A stretch of 63,910 bases of DNA, filler included, from Atractiella rhizophila (taxonomy: Eukaryota), in the NCBI GenBank assembly GCA_021432655.1. It is 5 parts of 4 records of this genome, joined end to end, with 100 filler letters (N's around TTAATTAATTAA, not from the genome) between each part and the next. Parts side by side here need not be neighbours in the genome. Positions count along the whole stretch, not along the records: positions 61,492 to 63,910 come from MU271205.1; 4 more parts are not named here. The stretch is one strand, 5' to 3'. Both the position numbers and the translations under genes were made by a program. Below, one piece after another: positions 62,716 through 63,910 of the stretch; the stretch's first letter is position 1, and each line of letters begins with the position of its first letter. The notes beneath the pieces are model-generated. The model was not told where the DNA came from and did not search any database. It saw only the letters and a list, made by a program, of their open reading frames with translations.

Positions 62716-63910
62716 TTAAGCTTGAACTGAGAGGGAAGCATTGCCAGTGGGCTCTCCCATGGTTTCCTCTTGTCCCTGTGCCTCGGAGTCAACCATGCAG
62801 ATTGCTCCCCTCCTCTTCCCCCATTGCTTCGAGTAACTCTTCGGCAACCACTTAGGTTTCCTAGGTCCAAATCCATCCTCCATAGTAGGCGAAGCGACTC
62901 TCGGAGTCGCGCTGGAGGAAGACGCCTGGGATGCAAAGCTCGAGCTTCTGCTGCCTATGTCTCCGGGCATGGAACGTCTGTTTTCGAACCTGAAAGGTAA
63001 GTCGACGGTGAAGATCTTCCCTTCGGCCAAGTCGTTGTAGCTGAGTGTAGGAGATTGAGCCCGTGAGATAGAGATGTCGGATTCTGCAAGATCTTCTTCG
63101 GAGAGGCAGAAGGAGGACATAGAAGTGGTAGAGCATCTCGAGCTGGACGAAATCGGGGTATTAGGACGCGTCGGAGGTATATATTGATATTCAAGGGGAC
63201 GAGCTGCAGGAGGGGGGATTGATGTCGATTGTGTGGATAGAGGCAGTGGTCCATTCCCAAATTCTGCCAGGGATGGACGACGGTCAAAAGATGGAGGAGG
63301 GATGGGATCAACTAACCGCCATCAAATAGGTCAATTCAGTAGAACAGACAATTAAGGAAACCAAAGAAGACGCACTAGATTCGTTCCAGTGATTCCTCAT
63401 CAAATCACGTGTAATGTCGTTTGTATATCCATCATCATATCCTTCTCCAATTTCGTCTTCAAATTCATAATGGAATGCTGCATAGGAGGAAGCGCCGGCA
63501 GAAGTGCTGACGGTATTGAATTGGTTTCCCAGGAAGAAACAGATTGGCTGTCGACTGTTCATGTCCACAATATGTAACCAAATCCAAATTATTGTTGCTA
63601 GAACTTGGTAGAACTGGGCGTTGGACGTTTGTTTGGAGCAGCGTCTTCCGCTTTCGTCGAATTTCGAAGGCCCAAGGCTTTATATCTGCTCGCCGTTTGA
63701 GACGCGTGAGAATGACAGCAAGAACAAAGGACCATTGTAACCTGCGCCCAGTGGCTGCGATCATAACGGAAAGAATGCTTCTCTCCAAGGCCCATGCTTT
63801 CAAAAGGACCTCACTTCTACTTCCAGACATCAATCGCAGCTAAAGAAAAGAAAAACAAAGGAAGGTTAAACAACTTGGTGGCTCCATAAACCTTGAGAAC
63901 AAAGGGACCT
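62716..63910 (-). CDS. Low-complexity hypothetical protein, 3' part, starts beyond the window
   Basis: Consecutive minus-strand exon-like ORFs ending at the 62716 stop. Confidence 0.4.

Overview
Gene-dense, intron-rich fungal genomic DNA. It looks basidiomycete, and a Pucciniomycotina affinity is only an inference. Introns are mostly ~45-65 nt GT-AG with CTRAY branch sites. It is a draft scaffold with one 377-N gap and four 100-nt artificial spacers (44N-TTAATTAATTAA-44N). Recognisable genes, left to right: LYS1 (partial), an SGNH/PC-esterase-like membrane protein, an Nrd1/Mrn1-type multi-RRM protein, Pol III subunit RPC25, a BRCT family-X DNA polymerase, intron-containing tRNA-Ser(CGA), a SUR7/PalI-like protein, an atypical SDR, a Trk K+ transporter, an F-box protein, a DUF4140/DUF4139 protein, a secreted GH23 lysozyme-like enzyme, SLX9, a coiled-coil protein, two divergent Pro/Arg-rich orphans, an SV2-like MFS transporter, gamma-COP (SEC21), a phenol monooxygenase (partial), a TetX-like monooxygenase, a DUF4267-like protein (partial) and TMA20 (partial). 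The most notable observations are: (1) two related intronless Zn-ribbon orphans that share a DxxGxYxxDxxGxKxY motif and flank the GH23 gene; (2) half an R-SNARE motif embedded in the DUF4139 protein; (3) oversized first introns in LYS1, PolX and SEC21, hairpin-rich in LYS1 and SEC21; (4) a ~75-bp palindrome upstream of the TetX-like gene; (5) a Rab11-FIP-like motif in the coiled-coil protein. All gene models were spliced by eye and no database searches were run.
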